DNA from: Spirochaetia bacterium
Lineage (GTDB): Bacteria; Spirochaetota; Spirochaetia; WTKD01; G963693115
Direction: 5' to 3'
NCBI GenBank assembly: GCA_965226055.1
Contig: CBDDCA010000005.1
Coordinates: 662,940 to 726,939, forward strand
Length of the DNA stretch: 64,000 bases
In this document: piece by piece, positions 61,248 through 64,000 of the stretch
How the letters are laid out: the number at the start of each line of letters is the position of its first letter
Position numbering within the stretch: the stretch's first letter is position 1
The notes under the pieces: model-generated
Told to the model about the DNA's origin: nothing
The model's database searches: none
Seen by the model: only the letters and a program-made list of their open reading frames with translations
Translations under genes and position numbers: made by a program

Positions 61248-62657
61248 CTAGCAAGTATAATACAACTGATATTCCAGAGCAGTAGGATACAGCTTCATTG
61301 GTTCAATTTCTGTTTCCTTTTTATATGCTACATAACTATCAATAAAATCTTCGGAAAATACATCTCCTGCAGTAAGAAAATCACTATTTGATTGCATTTC
61401 TTGTAATGCCACTTCTAAATTTGCACAGGTAGAAGGTATATCCTTAAGCTCTTCAGGAGGAAGATCATAGATATTTTTATCAAGTGGTCCTCCTGGATCA
61501 ACCTGATTACGAATGCCATCTATCATAGCCATAGTCAATGCTGCTACCGCAAGATAGGGACTGCCTGAAGAATCTCCACAACGAAATTCAAAACGTCTTG
61601 CTTTATCTCCTTCTACATAAGGAATACGAATAGCTGCCGACCTGTTAGTAGCACTATATGCCAACTTCACTGGAGCTTCATATCCTGGCACCAAGCGTCT
61701 AAAACTGTTTACTGTCGGATTAGTAAAGGCTTGTAACGCACGTCCATTTTTTAGCAATCCGCCTATAGCATATAAAGCAGTTTGCGAAAGATTAGCGTAT
61801 TGGTCTCCTGCAAAAAGATTTTGTCCATCTTTCCAGATTGACATATGCATATGCATACCGCTTCCATTATCACCAAACAATGGTTTTGGCATAAAGGTGG
61901 CTGTTTTTCCATACTGATGAACAGTATTTTTTACTGCATATTTATATTTATGCACTATATCACCACTATATACTCCTTTATCAAACTCAATACCAATTTC
62001 CGCTTGTGCAGTAGCTACCTCATGATGATGCAAATATACCGTCAAGCCCATTGACTGCATATTGCTGGTAATATCAGAACGCAAATCTACAGCACTATCC
62101 TGTGGAGAGGTAGGAAGATACCCTTCTTTTGATTGAATGGGATGCCCATGCATTCCTACTTCATTGGATGAGTTCCAAGGCCCTTCTACTGTATCAATTT
62201 CATAGAGAGCACGGTTAGGGCTTACTTCATAGTTGGCACTATCAAAAATAAAAAACTCTGGCTCGGGACCAAAAAATACGGTATCTCCTAGTCCAGTACT
62301 CTTCAAGTATTCAGTAGCAAATCGAGCAATACTGCGCGGCGCACGATTGTACAGCTCCCCTGTACGCGGGTCAACAATGTCTCCATAAAAAATCACAGTA
62401 GGCCTTGCTCGAAACGGATCTCTAAACATGGTGGGCAGATCAGGAATAAACAACATATCTGACTTCTCTATCCCTTTCCACGCACGAATAGAAGAACCAT
62501 CAAAAGGAATGCCTTTTACTAGCTTCTTCTCATCAAGTTCAGATGCTATAAATGTTATATGGTGTAATCGACCAAACATATCACCAAATTGAACATCTAC
62601 ATACTCTATTTTGTTATCGGTAATGTACTTCAGTACATCACTTACTGATGTAATCAT
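61248..62657 (-). CDS. glnA: Glutamine synthetase type I
   Basis: FDGSSI, GPEPEFF, HHEVAT, KPLFGDNGSGMH, RLVPGYEAP, NIYDLPPEE. Confidence 0.97.
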   Translation of the reverse strand: MITSVSDVLKYITDNKIEYVDVQFGDMFGRLHHITFIASELDEKKLVKGIPFDGSSIRAWKGIEKSDMLFIPDLPTMFRDPFRARPTVIFYGDIVDPRTGELYNRAPRSIARFATEYLKSTGLGDTVFFGPEPEFFIFDSANYEVSPNRALYEIDTVEGPWNSSNEVGMHGHPIQSKEGYLPTSPQDSAVDLRSDITSNMQSMGLTVYLHHHEVATAQAEIGIEFDKGVYSGDIVHKYKYAVKNTVHQYGKTATFMPKPLFGDNGSGMHMHMSIWKDGQNLFAGDQYANLSQTALYAIGGLLKNGRALQAFTNPTVNSFRRLVPGYEAPVKLAYSATNRSAAIRIPYVEGDKARRFEFRCGDSSGSPYLAVAALTMAMIDGIRNQVDPGGPLDKNIYDLPPEELKDIPSTCANLEVALQEMQSNSDFLTAGDVFSEDFIDSYVAYKKETEIEPMKLYPTALEYQLYYTC

Positions 62658-62721
62658 AATGACTCCTTATAAAAATTACAAATATGTAATTATATATATA
62701 AATATTTCTTTTATGTATACT

Positions 62722-62750
62722 ACTATACAAAATATACATATTTTATGCAA
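62722..62750 (-). promoter_or_regulatory. Sigma70-like promoter of glnA
   Basis: TTGCAT-17-TATAGT. Confidence 0.5.
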
Positions 62751-62799
62751 GTAGATCATGAAAATATTTGGAAATTTCTAAAAAAACTGGACTGAGATC

Positions 62800-62828
62800 T
62801 TACGCATATCACATAAATATATTATAAT
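62800..62828 (+). promoter_or_regulatory. Sigma70-like promoter divergent from glnA
   Basis: TTACGC-17-TATAAT, followed by AAGGAG. Confidence 0.5.
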
Positions 62829-62873
62829 GTCATTAAGGAGAGTAGAACAGTTATGCTACATATTAATAGCATG

Positions 62874-62956
62874 AATTTTACTGATAAGGTCATATAACAT
62901 ATATGACATAACTAATTTTACTGATAAGGTCATATAACATATATGACATCACTAAT
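62874..62956. repeat. Tandem 40-bp repeat (about 2.1 units), each with internal palindrome
   Basis: AATTTTACTGATAAGGTCATATAACATATATGACAT at 62874 and 62914; GTCATATA-ACA-TATATGAC. Confidence 0.9.
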
Positions 62957-62993
62957 ATTATTAGGGGACAGCCCCGAAAAGGAGTAATAAACT

Positions 62994-63110
62994 ATGAAAA
63001 TTTTTTTTATTTTTCTGAAAGAATGCTGGAATGCATGCAAGAATGCATGGAATGAATGCAAGAATGCATGGAATAAATACAAGAATACATGGAATAAAAC
63101 TACTGTTTAG
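62994..63110 (+). CDS. 38-aa micro-ORF MKIFFIFLKECWNACKNAWNECKNAWNKYKNTWNKTTV (7-aa repeats)
   Basis: AAAAGGAG RBS; in-frame 21-bp repeats; below ORF-track length cutoff. Confidence 0.5.
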   Translation: MKIFFIFLKECWNACKNAWNECKNAWNKYKNTWNKTTV

Positions 63111-63185
63111 TTTGCATTTAAAAATATATCAGCTATAAAAACAATGAAAGGTAGTTTATAAGCCTATAAACTACAAAAATAGATT

Positions 63186-63224
63186 ACAAGTCTATGAATA
63201 GTATAATACTATTCATAGACTTGT
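63186..63224. repeat. Perfect 39-bp palindrome
   Basis: ACAAGTCTATGAATAGTAT-A-ATACTATTCATAGACTTGT. Confidence 0.9.
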
Positions 63225-63656
63225 GAATAATACACAAAACAATACACTATTTTAGAGAAATTCCACAAAACACAAAATATAATTACACATTTTCGGCTAT
63301 AATATACTATATGAGTATTGAAGTTACAAAACTTCCATTTTGCATCCCCGACATTATGCTTCCTAGCAAAAGCATAGATATGCACACATAGAGTGTTATT
63401 GTCTGTGATCAATTTACCAGCGATGCTTCTTATTGGCAAGAAGTGTGGAACTTGTGAATATCTATGATACAGGCTAGGAGGACATACATACCAATCACTA
63501 CACAACAGTTATATATTAATTATACATTTTTTTGAAAGTGCAGGGATGATAGATGAAGACAAGTACTACAAAACAAAATAACAAACATTTACATTAGTAA
63601 TATATGTATGAAGGTTTTATATTTTCATCCCTACACAATTTTAATATCCCTTGTTT

Positions 63657-64000
63657 CTATTCTTTATACCATGAAGGCGCGTTTTTTACCCCACTGTCAT
63701 CAAACATTAAGGACATATTTACACTATCCCCTATATGTTCCCCCCATGCTTCTAAATCTTTAGTAAATGAAGTCGCTAGATTAAACATTCCAAACATATT
63801 GGTTACACTCTCTACATTCCAATCTGATATGTCTTTATTAAATGCAGAGGCTTGATGAAACATGAGAGCCATATCTGTCACTTTCCTCACATCCCATTTT
63901 GATATGTCACCATTAAATGCTGTTGCATTAAAAAACATCCTGTCCATATACGTTACTTTACTTACATTCCAGTTTGATATATCCCCATTAAACTTTATAG
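63657..64000 (-). CDS. DUF285/BspA-like repeat protein, C-terminal part (5' truncated by window)
   Basis: Frame open to window edge: FNGDISNWNVSKVTYMDRMFFNATAFNGDISKWDV... Confidence 0.85.
   Translation of the reverse strand, partial: IKFNGDISNWNVSKVTYMDRMFFNATAFNGDISKWDVRKVTDMALMFHQASAFNKDISDWNVESVTNMFGMFNLATSFTKDLEAWGEHIGDSVNMSLMFDDSGVKNAPSWYKE

Noticed and set aside
62874-62956. Possible mini CRISPR array (36-nt palindromic repeat)
   Set aside because: Units are head-to-tail with only 4 nt between them, so there are no spacers; no cas genes in the window
63186-63224. Borrelia-type replicated hairpin-telomere junction
   Set aside because: Has a central unpaired base, TAGTA lies next to the axis rather than about 14 nt away, and the flanks are not mirrored
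63209-63505. 98-aa ORF on - strand
   Set aside because: No RBS or recognisable motif; ends inside the palindrome; possibly a relic but unsupported

Overview
This is an AT-rich bacterial chromosome segment, most likely from a spirochaete (Spirochaetia-like). The inference rests on spirochaete-style lipoboxes, 'VFANGEKE/VFSAGSEE' solute-binding-protein N-termini and strong strand asymmetry, with most genes on the - strand. Housekeeping genes include lon (3' end), serC, thyX, hisIE, hisA, lysA, trxA, cmoAB, murA and glnA. Sugar loci are GH31+TRAP, fucU, yphG-araF-araF-araG-araH and a glycerate kinase. Small AT-rich defence-like islets are interspersed: a DdeI-like R-M pair, a TIR-STAND NTPase, ImmA/IrrE + 2-TM protein, ThsB-like TIR + TM protein, and DUF3825. 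Two ~1550-aa FN3-stalk/DUF285(BspA-like)-tip lipoprotein paralogues lie in direct orientation. Their variable 75-bp repeat arrays are bracketed by identical 39-bp and 27-bp anchors, and one has an upstream A26 tract. A third DUF285 gene runs off the right edge. Non-coding highlights are a dispersed ~60-bp intergenic repeat family (core TCCTTGAATCCGCA) and a structured locus divergent from glnA. That locus has a promoter, 2x40-bp palindromic repeats, 14-aa and 38-aa Trp/Cys/Asn-heptad micro-ORFs, and a perfect 39-bp palindrome. No rRNA, tRNA, CRISPR array, transposase or integrase was recognised. All calls are by-eye motif recognition; no searches were run.
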